NCBI GenBank assembly: GCA_013360445.1
Contig: JABWBP010000036.1
Location: forward strand, 322 to 64,321
DNA length: 64,000 nucleotides
Source of the DNA: Calditrichaceae bacterium
GTDB taxonomy: Bacteria > Calditrichota > Calditrichia > RBG-13-44-9 > J075
Direction of reading: 5' to 3'
This document shows, in pieces, positions 1 to 9,620 of the stretch. The notes beneath the pieces were generated by a model. That model saw only the letters and a program-made list of their open reading frames with translations. It had not been told where the DNA came from and searched no databases. Made by a program: the position numbers and the translations under genes. Each line of letters starts with the position of its first letter. Positions within the stretch are counted from its first letter, which is position 1.

Positions 1-162
1 GCAATCTCTGGCGGGACTCATTATATTCTGCCCTCGAAATCGGCAATGTGAAACCGGGCCGGCGGGAAATCCGCCCGGCGCCATACCTTCTGCCACGGAA
101 CCGGCTAAACTTTTGGCGCATTTAACCGATCTAAAATCAGGGGGATCGTACGAGTAACAGAA

Positions 163-2121
163 ATGATGAAAAAACCGACTCACTTTCAGTACAAAACCAT
201 CCAGCGGATAAAATCCCAGGAATTTGAACGTTTTTTTGCCCAGAGCGGGCAAGCCTATGCGCCTTACCTGAACCATTTGGGAGAAATCCGCTGGATGATT
301 CCCGAAGAAGCGGCGGAACAACATGAGTTCTTTCACTTCCAGGAAACAGCTCTTCAACAGTTGAGGAAGAAGCTGCAATCCCGCCGCTATCCGGAGTGGA
401 AAAATCTTTCGCCTTCCGAAAGAGAATTGCGGCTGCAATTCCGCGCTTACCTGGAAAAAACCTACTTAGGGGAGATTCGCCCGGAAACCGCCCGCATGAT
501 CCCGGCCCGCTGGATGAAGGAATTGAGCCGGGAGGAGATCGAAGCGATCCCGGTCACCCTGGAAATCTACCAGTCGATGGGGTGGAATAAACCCCTTTTG
601 CTGGGAGCTTTCGCGGGAATTATTCTCACGGCGGCGCTGCTCTACTATCTTTTCTCCGGCAGGGAGGTGCAAACCGGGAGCATCATCATCGAATCCAACC
701 TCCCCGGCGCCAGCGTTTTTTTGAATAATGACAAAAAGGGGTACGCCGACTTTATGCGCATCATTCCCGGGGTGCCGGCGGGGGCCCACCGCGTCTCCCT
801 CAAAAAGAGCGGCTATATCGCCAAACCGGAATTTTATGACCTGGAAATTGCCGCGGATTCTGCGGTCACGGTTTATTTCCGGTTCGAGCCGCTAAGCGTG
901 CTCAACCAGGGGTATTTGAAAATCACCGCGGATTATGGCGATTCCCGAATCTACATCAATGATGAACCCTATGGCGCGCTCTCCGAAAAACCGCTGCTTC
1001 CCCTGGCGCAAGGCGACTATAACGTGACGGTAGATAAGGCCGGCTTCGAGGCCATTCCGCCGCAGAAATATGTCTCCATCTCCCCCGGCGATACCGCGGT
1101 CATCGCTTTCCAGCAAGTCCCGCTCTCCTCCCGGAGAACCTTCCGGGCGGAAACCCGCCCCGGCGCGCAAACCGGGGCGCTGGAAATTACCGCCAACACC
1201 AGCGGGGGACGCATCTTCCTCAACGACCAGGATACCGGCAAGGAAACCGACTACGTGTTTAGCGAAATTCCCCTGGGGCGCTACGCCATCAAGGTGCAGC
1301 GGGAAGGGTATCAAACCATTCCCCCGGAACACGTTTTAACCCTGACTTCCAGCCAACCCCGGGCGGAAATCGCCTTCGAGCTGGTCAAACGTTTCGAGAA
1401 GGTATCCATTCGCACCAATCCCGCCAAAGGCGATATCCTGATCGACGGGAAGCTGCGCGGCAACGGTTCATTCGAGGGGATGCTGGAGACCGGGGAGCAC
1501 GAGCTGACCTTCGGGAACGTTCCCGGCTACAAAACTCCCCAGAAAAGAACCATCGCGGTGCAGCCGAACCTCCCCCTGAATCTCCAGGTGGATTATTTCC
1601 CCCAGGTGCGGATGGTCGCGGAAATCAGCGATGACGGCAACATGCGCAGCGACAAATGCGAGGTCAAGACCGGCTACACCCTTAGCAACCGCGGGTTTAC
1701 CTCCAGCGAAGAGGCCGGACCGGAGATCGTGTACCTGGAAGCGTTGAAAAGTTATTACTGGAAATTTGGCTTTGCCTTCCCCTTCCGCAACCCCAAGGGA
1801 AACGACGCCCTCAAAGTATCCTTCAACCTGCCCCGGGAATCCGCTTATGGCCAAAAATTCACTCTCAAATTCTACGCCGCGGCTTCCCGCGACCGCTACC
1901 CGCTCTCCCTCAGCAGCAAAGTGGACATCAAGGTGAAATTGAACGGGACTATCCTCAGCTATTACTTCAAACCAAAGTTTTTCGATGAAGTGAACGGCAT
2001 GGAAGAGGTAGAATGGGACATCAGCAGCTACGTGAAGCCCGGCCCCAACTCCCTGGAAATCACCGTCACCGACGATAACAACACCTTCATCCTGGTCAAG
2101 CGAGTGGTGATCGCCAATTAG
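163..2121 (+). CDS. PEGA domain-containing membrane protein
   Basis: A TM segment near aa 145-165 (LLLGAFAGIILTAALLYYLF) is followed by four repeats of the PEGA-like motif (PGASVFLNNDKKGY, SRIYINDEPYG, GGRIFLNDQDTGKETDY, GDILIDGKLRG). ATG start at 163. No precise function is inferable. Confidence 0.6.
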   Translation: MMKKPTHFQYKTIQRIKSQEFERFFAQSGQAYAPYLNHLGEIRWMIPEEAAEQHEFFHFQETALQQLRKKLQSRRYPEWKNLSPSERELRLQFRAYLEKTYLGEIRPETARMIPARWMKELSREEIEAIPVTLEIYQSMGWNKPLLLGAFAGIILTAALLYYLFSGREVQTGSIIIESNLPGASVFLNNDKKGYADFMRIIPGVPAGAHRVSLKKSGYIAKPEFYDLEIAADSAVTVYFRFEPLSVLNQGYLKITADYGDSRIYINDEPYGALSEKPLLPLAQGDYNVTVDKAGFEAIPPQKYVSISPGDTAVIAFQQVPLSSRRTFRAETRPGAQTGALEITANTSGGRIFLNDQDTGKETDYVFSEIPLGRYAIKVQREGYQTIPPEHVLTLTSSQPRAEIAFELVKRFEKVSIRTNPAKGDILIDGKLRGNGSFEGMLETGEHELTFGNVPGYKTPQKRTIAVQPNLPLNLQVDYFPQVRMVAEISDDGNMRSDKCEVKTGYTLSNRGFTSSEEAGPEIVYLEALKSYYWKFGFAFPFRNPKGNDALKVSFNLPRESAYGQKFTLKFYAAASRDRYPLSLSSKVDIKVKLNGTILSYYFKPKFFDEVNGMEEVEWDISSYVKPGPNSLEITVTDDNNTFILVKRVVIAN

Positions 2122-2126
2122 TTGAT

Positions 2127-2221
2127 TGCGTAATGCGTAATTCGTGATGCATAACAAAACGGAATACCCTTCGGCAAGCTCAGGGTAAACTCTTTTACGC
2201 ATCACGTTTTACGTTTCACGC
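2127..2221. terminator. Long imperfect hairpin built from GCGTAA-type short repeats, between the PEGA gene and rarA
   Basis: Left arm ttgcgtaatgcgtaattcgtgatgcat (2127-2153) pairs with right arm ttacgcatcacgttttacgtttcacgc (2195-2221). It starts 6 nt after the stop codon at 2119-2121. A terminator or structured RNA is plausible, but there is no clear U-tract. Confidence 0.35.
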
Positions 2222-2275
2222 CCCGCTTCACTTCCCTATTTCCTTTTCCCCGATCCGGTATTAAATTGCGCCGTT

Positions 2276-3637
2276 ATGGATTTGTTTTCGCAACAGCCAT
2301 CGAAAGGGGAAACCCCTGCCGGCGCGATTCCTTTAGCGGAGCGCTGCCGCCCCAAAACCCTGGCGGAGTTCATCGGCCATGAAGAGATCGTCGGCCCGGG
2401 AACCGCTTTGTACGAGTCTATCAAGCGCAACCGTTTGAAATCGCTGATCCTGTGGGGGCCGCCGGGAGTGGGTAAAACCACCTTAGCAAGGGTGATTTCC
2501 GCGGAGGTGCAGGCGGAATTCGTATCCCTCAGCGCGGTCACCTCCGGGGTGGCGGAGGTGCGCAAAACCATCGAAAAAGCGGAATACAACCGCAAATACC
2601 TGCACAAATCCACCATTCTGTTCATCGACGAAATCCACCGCTTCAATAAAGCGCAGCAGGACGCCCTGCTGCACGCCGCGGAAGACGGCACTATCATCCT
2701 CATCGGCGCCACCACGGAGAATCCTTCCTTTGAAGTGATCTCCCCGCTGCTGTCGCGCTGCCAGGTGTATAAAATGCAGCCGTTAGGCAACCCGGAGATT
2801 CAGCGCATCGTAGAGCAGGCGCTTAAAAACGACCCCTGGCTGATTGAGAAGCAGGTCAAAATCGAGGATTGGGAGGCGCTTTACATTCTGGCAGACGGCG
2901 ACGCCCGCCGGGCTTTGAATGCCGTGGAAAAGGCGGTGGATTTGCTGGCCGACGCCCCGCCGCCCTTAAAATTGAGCAAAGCGGTTTTTGAGAAAGCGGC
3001 CCTGCAAAAGGTGCTCTATTATGACCGCGCCGGGGATTACCACTACGATTTGATCTCCGCCTTCATCAAAAGCCTGCGGGGCAGCGACCCGGACGCCGCG
3101 ATTTACTGGATGGCGCGGATGTTGGAAGCGGGCGAGGACCCCAAATTCATCGCCCGGCGGATGCTGATATTGGCCGCGGAGGACATCGGCAACGCCGATC
3201 CGCAGGCGCTGACCGTGGCAACCAGCACGTTTAGCGCGGTCTCCTACGTGGGCATGCCGGAGTGCCAGATCATTTTAAGCCAGGCGGCGGCCTACTTAGC
3301 CGCGGCTCCCAAGAGCAACGCCGCCTACCAGGCTATTATGGAGGCGCTGGAAGACGTTAAAAGCGGGCCGGACGTGCAGGTGCCCTTACACCTGCGCAAC
3401 GCCCCCACGGGGCTGATGAAACGGCTGAATTATGGGAAGGATTACCAATACGCCCACGATTACGAAGGCCATTTCGTGCGGGAAAATTATTTGCCGGAAT
3501 CCCTGAAAGGGCGTATTTATTACCGCCCCACGGAGATCGGGGAAGAAAAACACCTCCGGGAACGGCTGCAAAAGCTGTGGGCGGAATTCAAACAGTATGA
3601 AACCGGGAAAACGAAAAAATCAAAAGAGCAAAAATGA
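2276..3637 (+). CDS. rarA: Replication-associated recombination protein A (AAA+ ATPase RarA/MgsA)
   Basis: Walker A GPPGVGKTTLARVIS, Walker B/sensor ILFIDEIHRFNKAQQDALLH, and a C-terminal MgsA helical domain (PLHLRNAPTGLMKRLNYGKDYQYAHDY). The 453-aa length is typical. Confidence 0.9.
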   Translation: MDLFSQQPSKGETPAGAIPLAERCRPKTLAEFIGHEEIVGPGTALYESIKRNRLKSLILWGPPGVGKTTLARVISAEVQAEFVSLSAVTSGVAEVRKTIEKAEYNRKYLHKSTILFIDEIHRFNKAQQDALLHAAEDGTIILIGATTENPSFEVISPLLSRCQVYKMQPLGNPEIQRIVEQALKNDPWLIEKQVKIEDWEALYILADGDARRALNAVEKAVDLLADAPPPLKLSKAVFEKAALQKVLYYDRAGDYHYDLISAFIKSLRGSDPDAAIYWMARMLEAGEDPKFIARRMLILAAEDIGNADPQALTVATSTFSAVSYVGMPECQIILSQAAAYLAAAPKSNAAYQAIMEALEDVKSGPDVQVPLHLRNAPTGLMKRLNYGKDYQYAHDYEGHFVRENYLPESLKGRIYYRPTEIGEEKHLRERLQKLWAEFKQYETGKTKKSKEQK

Positions 3638-4140
3638 ATAGCCTGCGAGAACGCTTTACCGAATACCTGATGCGCGTGAAAGCCAAAAACGTGGCCCGCC
3701 GCCTCACCCATGCCATAAATTTCCCCATTCAGGCCGCTTCCATCACCAAAGTGCTGGTGATATTGCCGCGCAACCTGGAATTGTTAGACCGCGCCTCCAA
3801 CTTCGTGCAATCGCTGCGGAAAACCTACCCGGACTGGCGGGTGGAGCTGTTCGACGTGGACAAGCTGAGCAAATCGGACCTGAACAGCATGAATTTGCCT
3901 CGCCCGGAGATTCTCAACAAGCTGCGCCGCGCGGAATACCACTTCGTGGTGGATTTGAACGACGATTCCGACGACCTCTCCGGGTACATTTCCTTGATGA
4001 CCGAAGCGCCCTACCGCCTGCAATTAGGGGCGGGCAGCTCGGTGTACTCCAACATCGTGTACCAGCCCCAGGAAGATGTGAACAAAATCTATTACGACTC
4101 CCTGTTGGGGTATTTGCGGAAGCTGTTTGTGCGAAATTGA
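3634..4140 (+). CDS. Hypothetical protein; resembles only the N-terminal Rossmann half of a GT9 (heptosyltransferase-like) glycosyltransferase
   Basis: It overlaps the rarA stop by ATGA (translational coupling). KVLVILPRNLELLDRASNFVQSLRKTYPDWRVELF and YHFVVDLND resemble the GT9 N-terminal domain, but the ORF is only 168 aa. It may be truncated or a stand-alone domain. Confidence 0.4.
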   Translation: MNSLRERFTEYLMRVKAKNVARRLTHAINFPIQAASITKVLVILPRNLELLDRASNFVQSLRKTYPDWRVELFDVDKLSKSDLNSMNLPRPEILNKLRRAEYHFVVDLNDDSDDLSGYISLMTEAPYRLQLGAGSSVYSNIVYQPQEDVNKIYYDSLLGYLRKLFVRN

Positions 4141-4562
4141 AATAACTTCTTAAATAACCTCCCGCATCCCGGCCATGAGGCTGTTGCAGAATCGTCTTTT
4201 AACCACGAATTCCACGAATTATACTTTACACGGCCATAAATGAGACAGGTATTCCTCACTAAAGTGAGGTAATCTTTGATTGCCACGCTTTAGCGTGTGG
4301 AAAATAAACGTGTGCAATCATAGTGTACACCCTCTAGTATATATTCGCGTAGTTCACGGTTAATTTTTGAATCTGCAACAGCCTCCCATCCGGGATCCGG
4401 GAGGTTGGATACGGTTACGCCGACTTGCCGACCCGCCTTTAAGCTATACCGCACTTCCCGAAAATTTCCCTCCCAATAAAAAAGCATTTGAATCTCACCC
4501 CAAAATTCCGCACATTATTCCGCAAACAGAATCCGTCTAACCCTAAAGTAAGGAGGAACGAC

Positions 4563-7500
4563 ATGCGTTCTACTTTCCGTTACTTTAAGACTCTCCTGGT
4601 CTTTTGGGGGATCATATTTATCACGCTGGTTCCCGCCCAGCAAATCATCAAAACCATTCCCGCGCCCGATTATCCCTATGCTGTGGCGTATGACGGCGCA
4701 AATCTGTGGGTGGGCACTTCTTCCACCAATTCCAACCAGATCTGGAAAATTAATCCCGCCGACGGCGCGGTTTTAGACAGCATTACCGTTCCGTTTGTTC
4801 CTCCCAGCGGTTCTTACTTCGTCAAAGCGCTGGCCTGGGACGGCCAATACCTCTGGGTGTTCATGGATCTGCCTACCGCCAACCACCCGGACAAGTTCTA
4901 CAAGGTGGATCCCGCTACCGGCGCGGTGCTGAAAACCATCAACAGCCCGGAAAACAATTACGTCGGGGGAATGGATTACTTCGACGACCACATCTGGTAC
5001 TCCCAGTATTTCGCCAGCCAGGTAGCCGGGCAGGATAAGATCATCAAGATGGATACCACCGGCGTTACCGTGGATACCCTCGACACCCAGGGCGAGCAGC
5101 CCATGGGAGTGGCCTACGACGGCAACTTCGTCTGGTGCGCGGAAGACACCGGCTTCGGGACCACCCGCCAGGAAGTTTACGCCTATGACCCCGCCACCGG
5201 GGCCTACACCGGCACCTTCGTGCGCAACCCTACCGCCTCTCCCCGCGACATGACCTTCGACGGCACCTATTTCTGGCTGGTGCACTACAACACCACCAAC
5301 AGCCTCCTTTACCAGTTTGGCGTCGAGGGCGGCACCCCGGACATCCAGGTTCCGGTTACCAGCCTGAATTTCGGCCTGACTGAAATCGGGCAGACCAACA
5401 CCCTGCAACTAAACATTTTGAACGTCGGTACTGCCGCGCTCTCGATTAATAACCTGCAATTTACCAATCCGCTGTTTTCCAGCACGGTGACCTCGTTCCC
5501 GGTAAGCATTCCGCCCGGAGGCTCTACCACCATCGGGGTCACCTTTACGCCGCAGAATTACGGCATCTTCACCGGCAATATGAACATCCTCAGCAATGAT
5601 CCGATTACCCCCTCGGTGGCGGTCTCCCTCACCGGCAAAGGCATGTACGGAGACCCCTTCATCTCCTTTAACGGAACCAACCACAACTTCGGCAGCGTGT
5701 GGATTCCCGAAGAAGGATTGGCCAGCTGGCAGCTATTGATCGGCAACCGCGGCTTGCAGAACCTGCAAATCAGCGCTTTCACGTTCAGCGACCCGGCATT
5801 TTACGCCGGCGCAACCCCGCCCATCACCATCGCCCCGGACGATACCGCGGAAGTGACCCTCTGGTTCGCGCCCCAACAGGCGGTTACTTACACCGGAACC
5901 CTGCAAATCGCCAACAACGATCCCCTGCAGCCCACTGCGGTAATCAATTTGCAGGGAACCGGGCTGGGCGGCCCCTTTGATTTGGGCTACGCGTTCTGGA
6001 ACTACCAGATTCCCCCCAATCCCAGCACCACCAACAACGAATATCGGGTGCTGGCCCTGAAATCCATCAACGACATTACCGGAGACGGGGTGCCGGACGT
6101 GATCACCGCTTCCCGGAATTACTGGACCATCGCCCTGAACGGGGCCAGCGCCGGGCTGGCCAGCGAGGTCTGGCGCTTCTCTTCCTACATCGCCAACTAT
6201 AGCGCCGGGGGCATCGGCAATACCAACGATCTTCCGCCGCAGCAAAAAGCCCTCACCATCGCCAACGATCTGAACAACGACGGCTTCCAGGACGTGGTGA
6301 TCGGTACCGGGGGCGGGAACGAGCACGTGTACGCCCTCAGCGGCCTGACCGGGGACATCATCTGGAGCTTCGGCACCGACCACCCGGACAGCTTCGGATT
6401 AGGCGATATGACCTCGGTCTATGTCAATGAAGATTACAACAACGACGGCGTGAACGACGTGGTGGCCACCGGCAGCGGCACCAATGACGGCGCCGGCGGG
6501 CGGCGCACGGTTTACTGCTTCAACGGAACCAACGGGCAAATTCTCTGGCAGTATTTCGTCGGTTCGATGCTGCGCATGGTCGAATCCATCGGCGACGTCA
6601 ACGGCAACGGCAGCACCGACGTGGTGGTGGGAACCGGCAACGGGATCGCCAATACCTACTCCATCGTGGGCATCGATCCGGAAGGCCCCACCGGTCCCAC
6701 CCCGATCTGGACTTACCCGATCGGCAGCGGCGCCGGGGGCGGCAAGGAAGTGCTGCGCTACGACGTTCCCGGACAGACTTCGGACGTGATCGTCGGCTCC
6801 TATTTCGGCAAAGTGTACCGTCTCGATGGGGAAACCGGCCTCCAGGTGTGGCCCTTTGACTTAGGCAGCTCCGGCATCAACATGCTTTCCCTCATCGAAG
6901 ACGTGGACGGCGACGGGCTGGATGATATTTTGGTGTGCAGCTTCAACAGCACCTTTTACTGCATCAGCGGCGCTACCGGGATTCCCATCTGGTTCAAAAC
7001 CGTGGGCAACTTCAGTTGGAGCGCGCAGGCCATCGAGGATATCAACGGCGACGGGCAGCAAGACGTGATCATGGCCTGCCGCAACGATATTCTCTACATT
7101 CTCGACGGCTCCACCGGCGCCAGCATTCTGGATTACCCCATGAACAGCGGGGTATTGCAGGGCGCCACCCTGGCGAACGTGCTGCCGGACATCGACAACA
7201 ACGGCTTCGATGAAATTTTAGGCGCGGCGGATAACGGCAAGGTTCTCGCCCTTTCCCCGGGCAGCGCCTGCGTCAACGGCTTCCTGGGCGACGTGACCGG
7301 AGACGACGCAGTAAACTCCACCGACGGGCTGGTGATGCTCTCCTACGACGTCGGCATCAGCATTCCCCAGAGCTACCTGGACCGCATCAACATCGGTTTT
7401 GGGGACGTGAATGAAGACGATTTGACCAACTCCACGGACGCGCTGGTGCTGCTTAGTTGGGAAGCAGGGCTCCCGGTTCCTTACCCGGTGGGCCAGCCGG

Positions 7501-8276
7501 TATGCCTGCCCGATGGAATGGCGGCTTCCCCGGCGCGTTCGGGCGGCCAGCTCGCTAAATACAGCGGAGAAATCCTCGCTTCCGCCGGCGCGGAAAACCT
7601 GTTCCTGAGCAAGGGCCAGGAGGTGGATATTCCGGTGGCCATTGACATGGCCAACCTGGCCTCCGGCGCCGTCAAATTGGGCAGCTTTACCGCGAAGTTA
7701 GAATGGAATCCCGCGGAGTTAGAATTCTTGGGCTACAGCGGCGGCAGCGCCGGTTTCGAGCAGCCGGTGGTGAACGATACCCGCGCCGGGAGCGGGGAGC
7801 TGCGCTTTGCCAACGCCAATCCCCGCGGCGGGGAAGGCTTGGTGAACGTTCTCAACCTGCGCTATCGAGCGCTGCGCGACGCCCGGGCGGATTTCTCTTT
7901 GAATTTCAGCGCCCTGGCCGCGGCGGAAACGTTCATCGATCTGCTGCCCTACCTGAAGGGTTCCGGCGAGAATCCCCCGCAAACTGCGGAGAACCTGCCG
8001 CAAACCTTCGCGATCGAGAACTATCCCAACCCCTTCAACCCTGCCACCACCATCCGCTACCAGTTGCCGGAGGCGGTGAATGTCAAATTAGTGGTGTATA
8101 ACGTGCTCGGCCAGCAGGTGCGGGTGTTGGTGAACGAGCGCCGGGAAGCGGGCTACCACCAGATCGCCTGGGACGGGCGCAACCAGGCCGGGGCGCAGGT
8201 GGGCAGCGGAATCTACATCTACCGCTTCCAGGCCGACAATTTCACGAAGGTGAATAAGATGATGTTGCTGCGGTAG
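4563..8276 (+). CDS. Large multidomain T9SS-secreted protein: beta-propeller, ASH/Ig repeats, FG-GAP/VCBS repeats, two dockerin-like repeats, a cohesin-like module and a Por/T9SS C-terminal sorting domain
   Basis: AAGGAGG sits 7 nt upstream of the ATG at 4563, and the signal peptide is MRSTFRYFKTLLVFWGIIFITLVPAQQ. The ORF-track start at 4488 is rejected. Propeller blades are repeated WxGT/DG..LWV (YDGANLWVGT, WDGQYLWVF, YDGNFVWCAED, FDGTYFWLV). FG-GAP repeats follow (DINGDGQQDV, DVNGNGSTDVVVGTG). Dockerin-like repeats are GDVTGDDAVNSTDGLVMLSY and GDVNEDDLTNSTDALVLLSW. The T9SS tail is NYPNPFNPATTIRYQLPEAVNVKLVVYNVLGQ..KMMLLR. Confidence 0.8.
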   Translation: MRSTFRYFKTLLVFWGIIFITLVPAQQIIKTIPAPDYPYAVAYDGANLWVGTSSTNSNQIWKINPADGAVLDSITVPFVPPSGSYFVKALAWDGQYLWVFMDLPTANHPDKFYKVDPATGAVLKTINSPENNYVGGMDYFDDHIWYSQYFASQVAGQDKIIKMDTTGVTVDTLDTQGEQPMGVAYDGNFVWCAEDTGFGTTRQEVYAYDPATGAYTGTFVRNPTASPRDMTFDGTYFWLVHYNTTNSLLYQFGVEGGTPDIQVPVTSLNFGLTEIGQTNTLQLNILNVGTAALSINNLQFTNPLFSSTVTSFPVSIPPGGSTTIGVTFTPQNYGIFTGNMNILSNDPITPSVAVSLTGKGMYGDPFISFNGTNHNFGSVWIPEEGLASWQLLIGNRGLQNLQISAFTFSDPAFYAGATPPITIAPDDTAEVTLWFAPQQAVTYTGTLQIANNDPLQPTAVINLQGTGLGGPFDLGYAFWNYQIPPNPSTTNNEYRVLALKSINDITGDGVPDVITASRNYWTIALNGASAGLASEVWRFSSYIANYSAGGIGNTNDLPPQQKALTIANDLNNDGFQDVVIGTGGGNEHVYALSGLTGDIIWSFGTDHPDSFGLGDMTSVYVNEDYNNDGVNDVVATGSGTNDGAGGRRTVYCFNGTNGQILWQYFVGSMLRMVESIGDVNGNGSTDVVVGTGNGIANTYSIVGIDPEGPTGPTPIWTYPIGSGAGGGKEVLRYDVPGQTSDVIVGSYFGKVYRLDGETGLQVWPFDLGSSGINMLSLIEDVDGDGLDDILVCSFNSTFYCISGATGIPIWFKTVGNFSWSAQAIEDINGDGQQDVIMACRNDILYILDGSTGASILDYPMNSGVLQGATLANVLPDIDNNGFDEILGAADNGKVLALSPGSACVNGFLGDVTGDDAVNSTDGLVMLSYDVGISIPQSYLDRINIGFGDVNEDDLTNSTDALVLLSWEAGLPVPYPVGQPVCLPDGMAASPARSGGQLAKYSGEILASAGAENLFLSKGQEVDIPVAIDMANLASGAVKLGSFTAKLEWNPAELEFLGYSGGSAGFEQPVVNDTRAGSGELRFANANPRGGEGLVNVLNLRYRALRDARADFSLNFSALAAAETFIDLLPYLKGSGENPPQTAENLPQTFAIENYPNPFNPATTIRYQLPEAVNVKLVVYNVLGQQVRVLVNERREAGYHQIAWDGRNQAGAQVGSGIYIYRFQADNFTKVNKMMLLR

Positions 8277-8354
8277 GAAGGTCTAATTTTTCGATGCGCT
8301 CCGTCCCGTTGGCCGGGGTGGAGCGCATCATCAAGCAGAATCGGTTTATCAGCC

Positions 8355-8780
8355 ATGAAAACCCACGAAGAAATCCTCTCTCGTCTCAACGCCCTGTTTG
8401 CGGAGCATTTTTCCCCGGAAGTGCTGGCGGTGATCCTGTTCGGCTCCGCGGCGCAGCAAAGACTCCATGCGGAGAGCGATATTGACGTCGCGGTGCTGTT
8501 CCGCTTCGAGATTCCCCGGGAACAACGCAAAGAGCTTCTTTATGCAATCTATGAGCAGGTCCCCTATTACTTCATCGAGCCGGTGGACCTGGTCAATTTG
8601 AATGACGCAGATTTGATCTTATGCCATCAAGCGCTCACCCGGGGAAAAATAATCCTCTGCCGGGATGAAACCGCCTTCAAGATGTTTCGGGACGCGCGGA
8701 TGCTTCAATACCTGGATTTTACCCGGTTCCTGGAACCCTTCTATCCGAAAATTTCCAAAAAACTATTGGGAAAAGGATGA
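8355..8780 (+). CDS. mnt: Nucleotidyltransferase-domain antitoxin (MNT of an MNT/HepT pair)
   Basis: Minimal nucleotidyltransferase motif LFGSAAQQRLHAESDIDVAVLF (GS..D.D). It overlaps the downstream HepT gene by 4 nt. Confidence 0.8.
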   Translation: MKTHEEILSRLNALFAEHFSPEVLAVILFGSAAQQRLHAESDIDVAVLFRFEIPREQRKELLYAIYEQVPYYFIEPVDLVNLNDADLILCHQALTRGKIILCRDETAFKMFRDARMLQYLDFTRFLEPFYPKISKKLLGKG

Positions 8781-9196
8781 TTGATAAGAACATTATCTAT
8801 CGCAAAGCGGAAGCGGCGCGCAAAAGCCTGGAGCGCCTGCGCTCGAAATCCGGCTTAACGCAGGAACAGTTTCTAAGCGATGAAAGCGCCCAGGACACCG
8901 TGCTCCACCACTTGCAAATCGCTATCCAGGCATGTATTGATATCGGGCAGCATCTCATTTCCGATGAAGGATGGGGTATGCCCGGTACGCTCTCTGAAAT
9001 TGCCTACATTTTAGAAGATCACGGGGTCATTTCTGCGGAACAAACCACGTCTATCGTGGGAATGTTCGGATTTCGAAACATCCTGGTTCACGATTATATT
9101 GAGGTTGATCTGAAAAAAGTATATCAGATTTGGAATTCCAAATTGAACGACATCGAAACCTATTTGCAGGCGGTTTTCACTTGTTTTGGCATTTGA
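8777..9196 (+). CDS. hepT: HepT-like (DUF86) toxin, HEPN RNase
   Basis: Rx4HxY HEPN motif RNILVHDY near the C-terminus, 139 aa, start ATGA-coupled to the MNT gene. Confidence 0.8.
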   Translation: MIDKNIIYRKAEAARKSLERLRSKSGLTQEQFLSDESAQDTVLHHLQIAIQACIDIGQHLISDEGWGMPGTLSEIAYILEDHGVISAEQTTSIVGMFGFRNILVHDYIEVDLKKVYQIWNSKLNDIETYLQAVFTCFGI

Positions 9197-9227
9197 AAAT
9201 AATTTTCACCCGCCAGGGAGCGCCATC

Positions 9228-9611
9228 ATGGACATTCGAACGAAACGGGTTTACGCGCCGTTCGATCCGCGGGACGGCCTGCGCGTGCTGGTGGACCGGG
9301 TATGGCCGCGGGGGATGGCGAAAGAGCAGGTTCGGGCGGACGTATGGTTAAAAGATTTGGCGCCCGGAACGGCCTTGCGAAAGTGGTTTGGCCACGACCG
9401 CTCCCGCTGGGAGGAATTCAAAATCCGCTATTTTGCGGAACTGGATGCCCGTTCCGAGGCTGTAACGTCGCTCCTGAACGAAGCGGCGAAAGGGCCGGTG
9501 ACTCTCCTGTTCTCCGCCCGCGACGCCGAGTGCAACCAGGCGGTTGCGCTGAAAGAGTATCTGCTGCGCTACGGGGAGAGATGGGCGCAGCACAAATTGC
9601 ACAAATTATAA
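9228..9611 (+). CDS. DUF488 family protein (YeaO-like)
   Basis: MDIRTKRVYAPFDPRDGLRVLVDRVWPRGMAKEQVRADVWLKDLAPGTALRKWFGHDRSRWEEFKIRY matches the YeaO/DUF488 signature (RVYEP..DG.R.LVDRLWPRG..K......W.K.LAPS..LRKWF.HD...W.EF). ATG at 9228 with GGGAG upstream; the ORF-track start at 9186 is rejected. Confidence 0.75.
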   Translation: MDIRTKRVYAPFDPRDGLRVLVDRVWPRGMAKEQVRADVWLKDLAPGTALRKWFGHDRSRWEEFKIRYFAELDARSEAVTSLLNEAAKGPVTLLFSARDAECNQAVALKEYLLRYGERWAQHKLHKL

Positions 9612-9620
9612 ATTGAATAG

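Noticed and set aside
4488-4562. ORF-track start at 4488 for the giant protein
   Set aside because: The ATG at 4563 is preceded by AAGGAGG at optimal spacing and begins a canonical signal peptide. The 25 upstream codons are basic and Arg-rich and unlike a signal peptide.
4773-6383. Long antisense ORFs (4773..5408, 5409..5684, 5733..6383) inside the giant T9SS gene
   Set aside because: These are typical high-GC antisense open frames: Gly/Arg/Ala/Pro-rich with no motifs. The sense frame carries coherent repeat domains and a T9SS tail.
8294-8485. 63-aa ORF overlapping the start of the MNT gene
   Set aside because: It is in a different frame from the MNT gene, which has a clear nucleotidyltransferase motif. 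There is no RBS and no similarity.
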